A stretch of DNA of 54,872 bases. It comes from Neolecta irregularis DAH-3. Its lineage: Eukaryota. Under the pieces are notes generated by a model. It worked only from the letters and a program-made list of their open reading frames with translations. It was not told where the DNA came from and made no database searches. Location of the stretch: the NCBI GenBank assembly GCA_001929475.1, contig LXFE01000464.1, forward strand, positions 1 to 54,872, read 5' to 3'. The translations under genes and the position numbers were made by a program. The first letter of the stretch is position 1. Each line of letters opens with the position of its first letter. Positions 1 to 10,806 of the stretch are shown here, in pieces.

Positions 1-104
1 CTCCACGACGAGGAGTAGCAGCAGTAGTCGTGCTGCAAGACCTCCACGACGAGGAGTAGTCGTGCTGCAAGACCTCCACGACGAGGAGTAGTCGTGCTTC
101 AAGC
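1..104. repeat. Tandem repeat of a 32-bp unit (cctccacgacgaggagtagtcgtgctgcaaga), about 3 copies, truncated by the window edge
   Basis: Units start at 41 and 73. The first copy carries a 9-nt insertion. Each unit holds a cacgac...gtcgtg inverted pair. Confidence 0.9.
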
Positions 105-529
105 CTGCTTCAAGGCGATCGCCAATCATGTAAATTACTCATCGCCTAATTACAACTCCCCGTTCAGCCGCGCTTGCCGGCGCTGATGCGTCTGTACTTT
201 AGCCCCGTCTGCCCCGCCCATTACCCATTTCTGCTTGCACTCCCGGTACGCCTGGAAGTACTCGCTGCATTTCGTCTTGTCCCAGTTGTGGACCCGCACA
301 CACTTGTAGCTCGCCTTCGCCGCCTCCGAACACGGATCGTAAAACTCGCTAGCCTGCTTCTCCCGGAACCTCTTCTGCCTTTAAATATCCCCTCAAACCC
401 GCTTACCTTGATCTCCGCATTCCCCGGATCTGGTCTCAGTCTACATAACATGCAATATACCTTTGTAGTCTATTGGAGCGGGTAGACTCGAGTCCGTCGT
501 GCTAATCGGTTCCGTCCAGCGACGAGTCA

Positions 530-1130
530 TGGAATCAGGGAGCAGCGGGCCAATCTGAGTCGCGGTCCGAGGTTGGCGTTCCAACCTCACCCACGACCTC
601 ACCCACGACCTCACCACATATACCTCACTACCCACATCAAGCTGACACTGATCTATATCACATGACAAGACCAAAAACTAGACAGCATACAACCACCGAT
701 TATACAGAATCTTCCCAAGCGACAGAACCAGAGTATACAACATCGCCCCTCATTCTGAACCTAGCAACCTTGATTCCTTTCACAAGCTAATCTCGGAACT
801 AAAAGGTCCCTTCAATATTTCATAATCTGATGGAAAGCAACCTCCACCACCCGTCGGAAAAAGCGTCGTCAAGACGTCAAGAATGAGTTTACTGGTTCAA
901 TACAAGATATCCACGTTCAATTGCAACAAGCTATAGACCAGAAATATCTCAAATTGCATGGCACATTTTCGGTTTCACTAACAACAGGGAACAAAAATGG
1001 ACAAATCGAATAGAGAAAATACAACATTTGATGATGCAAAGGAGACAATCAGAAGAGAAAATGGGAAAAGCTCAAGAACGCCTAGAAATGGCTGTTGCTA
1101 AACTTGAGTGTGCACTCGCTGGTGTTTAGA
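530..1130 (+). pseudogene. Possible decayed ORF of unknown family between two minisatellites
   Basis: Protein-like stretches in shifting frames (HKLISELKGPF, KRRQDVKNEFTGSIQDIHVQLQQAIDQKY, KAQERLEMAVAKLECALAGV) are broken by stops and frameshifts. No recognisable domain. Confidence 0.3.
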
Positions 1131-1132
1131 GG

Positions 1133-1350
1133 TTGCTTATTGTTGTCATTACGAGTTGCTTATTTCATTACGAGTTGCTTATTTTGTCATTACGAGTGCT
1201 TATTGTTGTCATTACGAGTTGCTTATTGTTGTCATTACGAGTTGCTTATTTCATTACGAGTTGCTTATTGTTGTCATTACGAGTTGCTTGTTGTCATTAC
1301 GAGTTGCTTATTGTTGTCATTACGAGTGCTTATTTCATTACGAGTGCTTA
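1133..1350. repeat. Minisatellite, 10 copies of an 18-23 bp unit (consensus ttgcttattgttgtcattacgag)
   Basis: The core cattacgag occurs 10 times. Units differ by small internal deletions. This explains the repetitive ORFs in all three forward frames. Confidence 0.95.
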
Positions 1351-1414
1351 TCTTTATGTCATTTATCCGAAACTGTCGTGAAAATAAAGATACATCAGAA
1401 ATAACGATACATCA

Positions 1415-2100
1415 TTAATACTTTTCAAAGACTTTCTCAATAGGACCAGCACTCTACACATCAAAAACACGCACATTGACGACAAACCTCGATGAACGCT
1501 TGCAACTGTTTATCCAACCGTTCCAATTCCTCTTTCCGCTGTTTATTCTCCTGAATCAAAGATGCTCTCTTCTGAGCCAGTTCCTTTCGATGCTTATCTA
1601 ATCGTTCCCGCTCACTGATTTCATGATTTAGACGAGAAATCATCAGTTGATGAGGCGATAACTCACAATCTTGAGGATGCGAAATGAGATATTCTTCTTC
1701 AGGGATAAGCGGGATACAAGTATATATCGAACTAACATTAGTATGATACTATTACAAGAGAATACGGAAATTCGCAACAATTCTTGATCTCACCTTTTAA
1801 ATATCCCTGTTCATAATACAAATTCTGTAACGATAATGATTGTCGATCTACTGCGATTTTCTCTTGTTCCACCTCTCCCTTTGTATCTTTTAAAAATCTA
1901 AATGTTTCTCGATCGCGACGACGAAGTTCATTGAGAGCAGATAATAAATGTCGTATAGGTGCTGTATAATGTTTCTGACCCGTGACTTTATCCGTCATGA
2001 TGATTTGGGTCGATCGACGTGCCACATCTGCGATTTCGAGACATGGGAGAAGAATAGGATGTGTGATCTCGGGATCTGTGACGGGTGATGTGCAAGACAT
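1415..2100 (-). CDS. THOC5: THO complex subunit 5 (FmiP/Thoc5 family), 3 exons
   Basis: Motifs LSLQNLYYEQGYLKGEIKNC and HQLMISRLNHE. The 34-nt GT-AG intron at 1732-1765 and a second intron near 1454-1487 restore one frame ending SAGPIEKVFEKY*. Confidence 0.85.
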
Positions 2101-2298
2101 TATTAGGACGGTGGTTGATTACTACCACTTGTTACTATTAAGCTCAGCGGCGAACGACCGACACCCTTCAAGTATTGAACCGGGATAATCCTTCATCAAT
2201 ATTCATGTTCTGTTATAGCACAGTTGGAGAAAGAACTTGTATTATTACACGGGCAGGGGTATATGTGTCTATTCAGTTTATATAAGCATAAATTAGAA

Positions 2299-3785
2299 TC
2301 ATTTTATCAACAAACGTTCAGCAGCTAAACGATCAGAATACATTTCCTTGCCAGGGCATACCACTCTCGCTACAGACATAAATAATATCAGATTTTTTGA
2401 ACCCATTAAAGTTACTAACAAGTCAATTTTGTAAACTCGCAAGGACAAAGATACCTTGCTGCACAAATTGTGTAAGCTCCCATATTTTCCCAGACAAGCC
2501 AATCTCCAACGTCTAAAGCATATGGTAAATAACATTTGTCTGAAATGCAATCAAGTGCATCACAAGTTGGTCCCCAGATCGAGCATTTAACTTTCTTGGG
2601 AGCGGCAGGATCGTGATCGAAGGAATTGTTGTGATAAAGCACACGAGGGAGAGGATGTGTATGGTCGTAAAGGATACAGTTGAAGGATCCGTAGACGCCA
2701 TCGTTGACATAATCTAGAAATTAAAAAAACTCTCAAAAGATGATACACATAAAGGATCGATCTCCAGAGTCTGTCTCGTTAATTTCATCGGGTATACTTT
2801 TAACAGTTCGTCGAGCGATAATATTTGTAGCCAAGGTAAACGCTGTAGCAACCATAAACCGACCTGGTTCCGCAATAACTCGGACGTGTGCCGGAAAGTA
2901 TTTATCAACTTCTGGACCTAAAACTCTTGCAATTTCTTGAAAGTTGTCATGTTTAAATCCTCCGCCAACATCCAACAATTGAAAGTCAAATCCAATCGCC
3001 TTGGCTTCGTCAAAAACACGTCGTGCTCGAAAGATGGCATCGATAAATGCACTGGCGTCCCATAAACCGCTTCCAACATGAAAACTAACCCCAACAACAT
3101 CGACACCGAGTTCCTTGGCGAGTTGGAGAAGATCACAAGTAACCTCCAAAGGAGCACCGTATTTAAGCCCGAGACGACATACACTCTTACTGTCATCCGC
3201 CAAAATTCGAAGAAGGAGCTTGGCAGTTGGAAAGAGGCGCTTAATCTTATAAAGTTCCTCGGCATTGTCGAATGTCATCATGCGGACATTACAGGACTCT
3301 GCGAACCGAATGTGAGAGGCGGCTTTACATGGATTCGCATAGACTATTAGATCTGCAGATATCCCTGCTCTCAGGGACGCTTGAATCTCAGCTTTCGAAG
3401 CACAATCGACTCCCGCTCCAAGAGAGGCAAAGAGTTTGAGAACCATCGGATCGGGGTTACATTTGACAGCTGATTTGTCAATTATGATCTGAAACTTGAA
3501 CTTGCCATAGAAAGGGATAATTCTGGGGAGCTCCCGCTTCCATTGAAGATACTGGCGATAGACTTCCCCCAAGTCACCCACAAGGAATGAATTTTCTCCA
3601 TCAGTCTCACAAAATTCCACGTCAGTACGAATTCGTTTCTTCAAGGCGTCCATCACGACATGTTGAGACTGGGTGCTTTTGATTGGCTGAGACCGTGCTT
3701 TCGAGTACTGCCCCGATTCCGAGAAGCGATCCGGCCTCGTGAAATGTGAAAGGACAGACAAGATAGATTCAACTTTCAAAGCCAT
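2299..3785 (-). CDS. SPE1: Ornithine decarboxylase, multi-exon
   Basis: PFYAVKCN (PLP lysine, after splicing 3470-3505), [39 protein letters not shown]. Spliced end reads [10 protein letters not shown]. The start codon is the first AUG and is less certain. Confidence 0.96.
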
Positions 3786-4144
3786 TGATCGCAGAGAGAA
3801 GATAAGGGTGAGAAATTTATCTCGATAAGCCGAAATTTTCAAATTTTCCTCAGGGCGAGAAAGACACTTACCCGAGGCACCCGGAAGGCTTCTTTTATAT
3901 TGGTGCGGATTATGTATTATCCCGAAAGCTTGTTCGCAGAAGACAGAATCCAGAGAGATGAATAACTAGCAGTTGAAATGTTCTATTGGTGTGATGTGCG
4001 ACTCAAGACTAGGTTGGAATGGTCAGGTAGGCTAACCTGTAGTTACGTAATTTTACCGACACGAGATCGTCCCTTGAGGAATCCGCTACCTTGTTGGAGA
4101 GGAAGGCTTGCGTCACTTGGGAGAGTATCCTCGAGACTTGTACT

Positions 4145-4445
4145 TGTTATCAAGCTAGCGGTGCTACCTGCTCAGGTGACCCTTAATATGATATATCTGC
4201 TGAGTGAGATAATATCAACTCGTATTGATATCCAGATAAGACTAATTGCGCCAGGCTCTACCTATATATATATACGGGCGGGCCTCAGATGTCTCATCGT
4301 TTCTGTCCCCCTCTTACGGATTAGGAATATTTCCCTGATCAAGGTCCGCTTCCCCCGATTGGGAGAGCACCACCCGTCGTCTGCTTCCTCCAGGCCGATC
4401 CAGCCGGTACTGCCGTGTGGGGGATGGGACTTGGTAGTCCTCACA
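4145..4445 (-). mobile_element. Solo LTR of an LTR retrotransposon, 301 bp
   Basis: TGTGA...TAACA termini on the minus strand. Flanks gtact (4140-4144) and atact (4446-4450) form a 5-bp target-site duplication with one mismatch. Internal TATA run at 4263-4274. Clearly homologous to 30634-30930. Confidence 0.85.
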
Positions 4446-4752
4446 ATACTGATCAAAAAATGATAATAAATGAGTTATATTAGCGCGGGTCAGGCGTAAA
4501 GAATCGGAATGAAAGTAAATGATGATGATGAAAAAAAATAGAACAAGCTTTCCTTAGCAGGTCATGCGAATAATAAGGAATCAACTGTTCAGTCCTTCAA
4601 GAACTAGACTCTGGGCTCGAATGAATGCAAGGCCCTTCCAAGTGCAAACTAAAATATTCAGGGATCTGTACCATGCAATCTATCAAACAGTCGGGATAGA
4701 ATATGCAGACCGTCTTTCAGCTTGAAAAAACAAAAATGAGAAATGAATCATG

Positions 4753-6254
4753 CTACGGGATCGAGGCTCTTCTTTTAGTTTCCGGGTAGTTGCGCGGATT
4801 CCGAGGGATAGGCATCATTGCATCGACTGAAGGGAACAGATAACTGCACTTCGGGCAAGTTATATCACGAAAATCCGGGCTCGCGGGCGTCTTGGGCATC
4901 TCAATCGACGGAAAACTCATCCTTTTATATTTTTGGAATGACTTTGCAGAATCGTGTAATGATCGTTCTGATAATTGGGCGGATTGAGGATATGTCTTTG
5001 GAAAGGCGGAACAGTAGAGCTGAGAGTCTGTTGAGTATCCATATGGGTATAGGCCTTCGCGATAGGTGGGTTTGGGTACAGAATTTCGGACAGGAGCATG
5101 CGAGTATGCGCCTTTTCGAGGATACGCTGCACCATGTGCTACTAGTTCTGAATTGAACGATTCGGACCTTGTCGGACGACGACGATGTTTGTGGGCACCT
5201 TCCCGGAATGGAATGAAAGATCCCGTCGGTTCTGATTGGACGAGCTTTACTCTCCGAGACATCTCACCAAAGTGTGAAATTGAATTCGTAGGAACACTTC
5301 GATGTCTGCCTACTTTCGATTGAGGTAGAATTTGGCAGGAGCCATGTCGCAGAGTGGCATTCAAATGATTATCATCGCCCGCGGAGAAACTTCCACTGGG
5401 AGAAGTATCATCCGTATTTCTTTCCTCGCGTCCTTGGCGTTTTTGTGAAGACTGACTGCTGGAGGAAATCCCTGAACGTCCGTGGTACTGAGTATCGTCA
5501 TCCGAAATCCAAGAAATTCGATTTCGGTTCGACCGAGCACGAATAGCGGTCTGTCTCCAATATTTCGCGCTATTATTCCTGGAAAGTCTAGTGCTTCCGT
5601 CTTTGTCCTCAGTTTCCCTAGCGCAAACATACGAAGATAGGGGAATGTTATTCCTATCGATATCTTCGGATAAAGGAGTGGACTTTGGTGCATCCCGAGC
5701 ACCGTTGGATGGATTTAAGATATCTATATTCTTGCCTTCAGTTCGGTAGAGGATAGGATTGTTACATCAACATTGACCCATGGTTCTTCCCCTTGAAAAG
5801 TATGCTGTTGTATTGATTGACCAACCGGACTTGAAATCGGCGAGTCCGTTTGGACATTTGTTACTCTTAAGGAACCGCGTTTGAAGGCGCCCATATTTAC
5901 GAATGAAGGCGAATTCGATGAATAAGGATTCGACTCAGAGGTACGAAAGATTTGTTGCGGTAAAGGAATAATATCCTCTCCTGCGACATATTCTTCATTT
6001 TCGATATTCGAACGGGAGGTTTCAATTTGGATGGAAGTTCCTGCTGGTCTTGCTTCACGATAGAACGCAGAATCGATGTTGACGTCCGAACGTTTGAAAA
6101 GCGGCAATTGAACTTGGTCATCCGAACTCAAGCTACTCCTTCTTTCTCTCACAGATTTCTTGGATCTACAAAGAATAAATTTGTGCGGATTAGCAAACCG
6201 CTTGTGTGGAGGCTTCGAAATTGTTGACTTTTGCTGTGAGAGTGACGATCCCAT
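4753..6254 (-). CDS. Hypothetical Ser/Pro/Arg-rich protein, probably 2 exons
   Basis: The ORF at 5724-6254 joins a long open frame running to 4753 through a plausible 35-nt GT-AG intron near 5730-5764. N-terminus MGSSLS. No recognisable domain. Confidence 0.65.
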
Positions 6255-6946
6255 CTTCGAACCTTCGCATCTAGGACAGTGCTCAACTGTCTATTATGTA
6301 CTCTGTGGTCAGGCCTTTATATAGTACCTGATGGTGAGACTTCGGGAACTATCCTGTTCCGATTGAGCAAAAGCAACATGAAAAGGAAAAAGCAAGGAAG
6401 CACCAAAAAACTTATATATAGAGGAACGAACGTGCATTTCTATGCCACAAGCGCCGAAGACTCCACCCGCAATTTGGGAACCAACGCTATCATTCCTACA
6501 TATCTCAAGCTCAGAAAGGGTCTGCAGTTGGTCTAATCTTGCGATATATTTAGCTACGGCTCTACCCCATTCTGATTCTAAAGAATGACTAAAAGACACC
6601 AAACCACAGGACCATCATCCTTTTCTTGGAATCTTAAAAGGCGATGATCCTGCAGTGCGAAATCTGACAGGTGCCTTCGATCATTAGGTTCAGAGAGCGA
6701 TTGAATCCCATGAATAAGCTAGTGAATGCAAGATAGGAACAGCAGATTGGCAATATTGATGTATGTGGTATTTAACTGCCATAGTACCATTTCAATAACA
6801 AAGAAAACACGCTTGCGAGTAGGGACGAATTGGGGATAGCAACAATTCTGCAGGGGCCGGATGATTAAGACTACCAACCTAAACAACAAGAATATTTGCA
6901 AATTGATGAGTTGCAGCACATCTTCTGATAAGACAATTGAATGTGC

Positions 6947-7934
6947 TCACACATTCTGAACACCATATCTAGAAGCGATTGTTAGACAACATCCTCAAAT
7001 AAGAAAGAATATGCATACCCTTTGATCATGTCTGCAAACTTCCATTCTGTTTGAACTAGTTGATTTTTCTCGATCTTCACTCCTTCGCTTGTAATAGATG
7101 CAACAGTAAACTATACTGCGTCAGGAAACCGAAAAAAGTGCTGAATAAACCTTGTTCAAACTTCTCGCATCTCGATAATAAAGAGCTTGCATACAACTGT
7201 TCAGAATTTTCCGAGCCTCTTGCTCCAGAATTTCATTTTCCCTACCATCAATGTACTTGCGGAGAAGAGGCATTGCAATATGGGCCCCGAAACCGGTAGC
7301 TAATGTAGGTGCTTTGAATGATGTTCCCAGTAAGTCCACATACGCAAGAAACCTTGCTGCTTGAGTTCTATTTATGTGACGCGACTTACGGTTCCCCCTT
7401 TTCTAGCCCTGCAACCAGTAGGCTGTTCCAAAGTGGATTGATTTTCGTACGTCGATTGTACATGACTCTGCAAAGATATTCATAGATGTTTTTGGTGGAA
7501 AGTTTCTGTCCATCCGTAGCGTAGCTTTCGGTAATCCTGGATCAAGATTAAAAAAATCAAGCTCAGAGCGGGCCGTACAAAAGGTTGCTTAGCAATTCTG
7601 AGATGTACTGAAAATCGGATATATCCCCGCCTGCTGCTACGACAGTTTCGTCGCCGGCCTGCAAGATACGCTCCACGTCCTTGAATCTCGCCAACGATCC
7701 ATAAGATGCTATAGGTTTTAGAATATTACGAATTGATAAGACCTAGATACCCAAGTTATCTGCGGCGAGCATCACTCCTCCTTTGAACTTTAATCCAAGC
7801 ACAGAAGTACCGGTGACAATTGGGCTTTGTGTATGCTGCACCGCATCTTCAAGTTGTTTTGGCTTGACAGACGGTTCAATGAATGAATATAGATCGTCCC
7901 GTGGGCGGCCCCATTGTTCAGGAAAATGGTTCAT
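6947..7934 (-). CDS. PRE4: 20S proteasome subunit beta 7, multi-exon
   Basis: HTQSPIVTGTSVLGLKF, ASYGSLARF, KINPLWNSLLVAG, LATGFGAHIAMPLLR, LYYRDARSLNK. Spliced C-terminus KGYGVQNV*. Confidence 0.96.
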
Positions 7935-8606
7935 TTCAACCAATTTTGTGGTGGGATTTGATTGATGACGACTGCTCGAAATAGTCATAAGAAAAACTTC
8001 AACTAAAAATGCTACAACATACAGAAAATGTTCTCCGTATTTCTAATATAATGACTAAGATGATGAATCAGAAATGCTGAATGTTTGATCAGGAGCAGTG
8101 GAAAGACAAAGCCCTACCGTATTAACCCTGCCGATGATGGCGAGATGCGCTTCCTCTGCTCCTGGTGCATCTGACTTCAGGATACCGGATGGATACGGAG
8201 CCAAGGAACCCTTGGCATTTTAGCCAGCGAGAGTGTCATTCATCGCAGATTCACGTACATATTCCAACAGCTCATTCGGCTCTTGTTCGAACCGATCCAA
8301 TCCCTTTGCTATTATCTGTATTTTCTGCGCCGATTCCTGCATATAGTCCAGAATATCTTGGTAGGTCTCGAGGAATGTTTCCTAGCGCAAGTGCCGAGAG
8401 GCGTGGAGTGGGTGCCGAGGCTTGGCGTGGCTGTGGGAGCAGTGCATCCGGAAGTCTCTACTACCAAAAGCAGCCCAGGCTTGGCACACCTCGTTTGGCT
8501 CCACGGCATTCCTTGGATAATCACTGCAATGTCTCCAGCTGTACTTGGCACTCTCCATTGCATCTCGCGGCTATAATCCAAGCGATACACTCATCTTCGC
8601 CTACAC

Positions 8607-9953
8607 ATGAGATTCGTCTCTCACTTTTATACATCTCTCCTCATCGTGAGTTGTGCAATCGTCACCTTGTGGCTATACTTCGGTTCTTCCATCCGGTCTA
8701 CATCTTGGAATCCACGTCAGTCAACCAAACAATCCCCGCGGTTCGTGCTACCAGACTTCGAATACGAACACCCGCATTACGGACCAATCTCAGAGCAAGA
8801 AGAAGCGGCTTTAATGGCAACCCCAGGCCCTGGCACTTGGACGATAGACTATTCCGAATACAAGTCTTTTCCCCTAACCGCACACCAATACCGAGAGACG
8901 GTACAGAAATCATACGAACTACAGCAAAAGATCGGCGGGAACCATATGCACATGAATTTTTGGAAAGCCGACGCATCCTTTCAAGATATCGCACACAATG
9001 AAGATCCTAATATTTGTGAATCGAGTATATCATATCTTCTTGGAGATGATGTTACAGGGTTAGCCCGTCAACTTACTGGGTTGTTTATGAGCGCTGGTCT
9101 AGCAATTGCTACAAACAGAACATTTCACATCATTGAAAAGGATTGGGCTTGGGGACAGTGGACAGATTATTTTCAAGAGTATAAACCGAATTGCCACGTA
9201 CCGCCCGACGAATTAGTCGCATATCCACAGCACACGCGGCACTGGGTTATCACTGAAAATACCTGGAAAACGGTGTATACTCATAATTTCAGAAACACCT
9301 ATGAGGATTTATCACAAAAAGGCGTCTTGCGACAAAAGGCAATATTTCAAATGGTTATTGACGGAATTGACCTTTTGTTACATCTCAATAACGATGTTGA
9401 GGGAATATATCGATCTGAGCAAGATGGTATCTTGAAGCAAATTGGATCGGATTTTCTCAGCGTACAGATTCGAAGCGGTGACAGTGTTCCGCGGATACCA
9501 TCAATACTCAGACCGATACCAGCTATAGAATCATATGAACAGCAGATCGGCTCTACTTGGTCACAAATATTTCCCGACATACCCAATCCTACTCTGGCTG
9601 TCATTTCAGATGACTTAGACGCTATAAAGTCAATAAGAAGAAGCAATAGCTCTTTCAAAGCCGTACAACCATTCGAGAAGACGCAAACAGATCTCTTTCC
9701 TCGCCGCTCTGGCTCTGGGGGTGTGTTCTTGGACAAAGTAAGTGAGATGTCGATGGAAGATCGGAAGAAGCTTGCCAAAAAAATACTCGTCAGACTAGCC
9801 ATTGCAAAAGAAGGGAAGGCTGTGATTTGCAGGTCTACCAGCCATGCTTGTCGATTGCTTGCAAGTATGATGGGATGGCAACGCGCAATTTTAGACCAGA
9901 AGTGGATCAGTTTAGAAGTTTATAGTTGGAGAGTACCAGAATTTAGGGAATAG
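8607..9953 (+). CDS. Type II membrane protein, putative glycosyltransferase (fucosyltransferase-like), intronless, 448 aa
   Basis: Long ORF with one N-terminal hydrophobic anchor. GLARQL, SVQIRSGD, AVISDD and ICRSTS resemble the GDP-fucose-binding motifs of GT11/GT23/GT37-type enzymes. The CDS is secure; the function is inferred. Confidence 0.7.
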   Translation: MRFVSHFYTSLLIVSCAIVTLWLYFGSSIRSTSWNPRQSTKQSPRFVLPDFEYEHPHYGPISEQEEAALMATPGPGTWTIDYSEYKSFPLTAHQYRETVQKSYELQQKIGGNHMHMNFWKADASFQDIAHNEDPNICESSISYLLGDDVTGLARQLTGLFMSAGLAIATNRTFHIIEKDWAWGQWTDYFQEYKPNCHVPPDELVAYPQHTRHWVITENTWKTVYTHNFRNTYEDLSQKGVLRQKAIFQMVIDGIDLLLHLNNDVEGIYRSEQDGILKQIGSDFLSVQIRSGDSVPRIPSILRPIPAIESYEQQIGSTWSQIFPDIPNPTLAVISDDLDAIKSIRRSNSSFKAVQPFEKTQTDLFPRRSGSGGVFLDKVSEMSMEDRKKLAKKILVRLAIAKEGKAVICRSTSHACRLLASMMGWQRAILDQKWISLEVYSWRVPEFRE

Positions 9954-10201
9954 TGTTTTTGGAATGTTTTGTTAAATCTAGGTTTGTTTTATTGCATGGT
10001 TTTTTCAAGGCTCAATATGATCTGTAATTTCGATTAAGGTTGCGTTTTGTAGTCTCCACAAAAGAATATCATGGAATTCCGAAACGGAGAATATCCTGGG
10101 TTTTCTGAATACCACAACTTTATGATATTTCTCTTGTGATATTTCAGCCTACCATGTAAATTTCCGAGACCACTGTTTTTGCCACCATTCAACCCACCAC
10201 A

Positions 10202-10460
10202 ATGACACGAGCAAAATGGAACATAACTCAGGAACAAAATATGTTGAAGGCCTTACTTGATGAGGCAAAGGCTGGGAAAATGCCTGAAGAACTTATTCCA
10301 AGGCAAGGAAATTTGGTGATTATTCTTTTATTCAATCTGCTCTTTAAAATCGGGTATCGTACTAATACTCCGCAATACAATAGAAAAAGACTTCGGCCAG
10401 GTCGCGAAACTGCCAATATGATATTCAAAGCGTTGATCTAATCTGGTTAAGTTTCATACC
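10202..10460 (+). pseudogene. Possible degenerate Myb/SANT-like gene fragment (PIF/Harbinger accessory-protein type)
   Basis: MTRAKWNITQEQNMLKALLDEAKAGK resembles the first Myb/SANT-like helix. The later MIFKALI*SG* resembles the typical FK-L---SG segment but contains stops. Confidence 0.3.
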
Positions 10461-10806
10461 ATCCTACTTCCGCAACCAATTTTGAGGGAGTAATGACCAT
10501 TCTATCCGCAGAAACCCCTTACTTTTATCATGGCATGAGATACCATCCAAAGATGGATCTGGCAAAGATTTTAGGGCTTCTTCAAATTTTAAGATGTAGG
10601 TCAAGGCTTTAGACATCGACTTAAGCATCTCTTATCGTGTTTTCCTATCCATTTCCCCGCCTCCCCCGCATTTTTGGAGCATGGGATAACAGGCATATCA
10701 GTTGACCTCAAAAGATTCCGTCTCACTTGTGATAACCAGAGGTTACTCAATCTTGCAAGTATAAAGACCAGTATGGATACCAATCTTCTTTCCATCAGTG
10801 GTTATC

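Noticed and set aside
1..104. Hairpin-containing 32-bp repeats as CRISPR repeats or telomeric repeats
   Set aside because: No spacers, no cas genes, and the unit does not resemble a telomeric motif.
1133..1350. CRISPR-like array, or coding repeats (ORFs 1095-1418, 1108-1404, 1133-1381)
   Set aside because: Units are contiguous with no unique spacers, the context is eukaryotic, and the ORFs are by-products of a minisatellite.
2299..3785. Programmed frameshifting or pseudogenisation suggested by split ORFs in ODC and other genes
   Set aside because: Short spliceosomal introns with donor, branch and acceptor signals account for the frame changes examined.
3978..4463. 161-aa plus-strand ORF
   Set aside because: It lies largely over the solo LTR and the ODC leader and shows no protein-like features.
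8165..9001. 278-aa plus-strand ORF overlapping the glycosyltransferase-like gene
   Set aside because: Alternative-frame shadow ORF with no recognisable domain.
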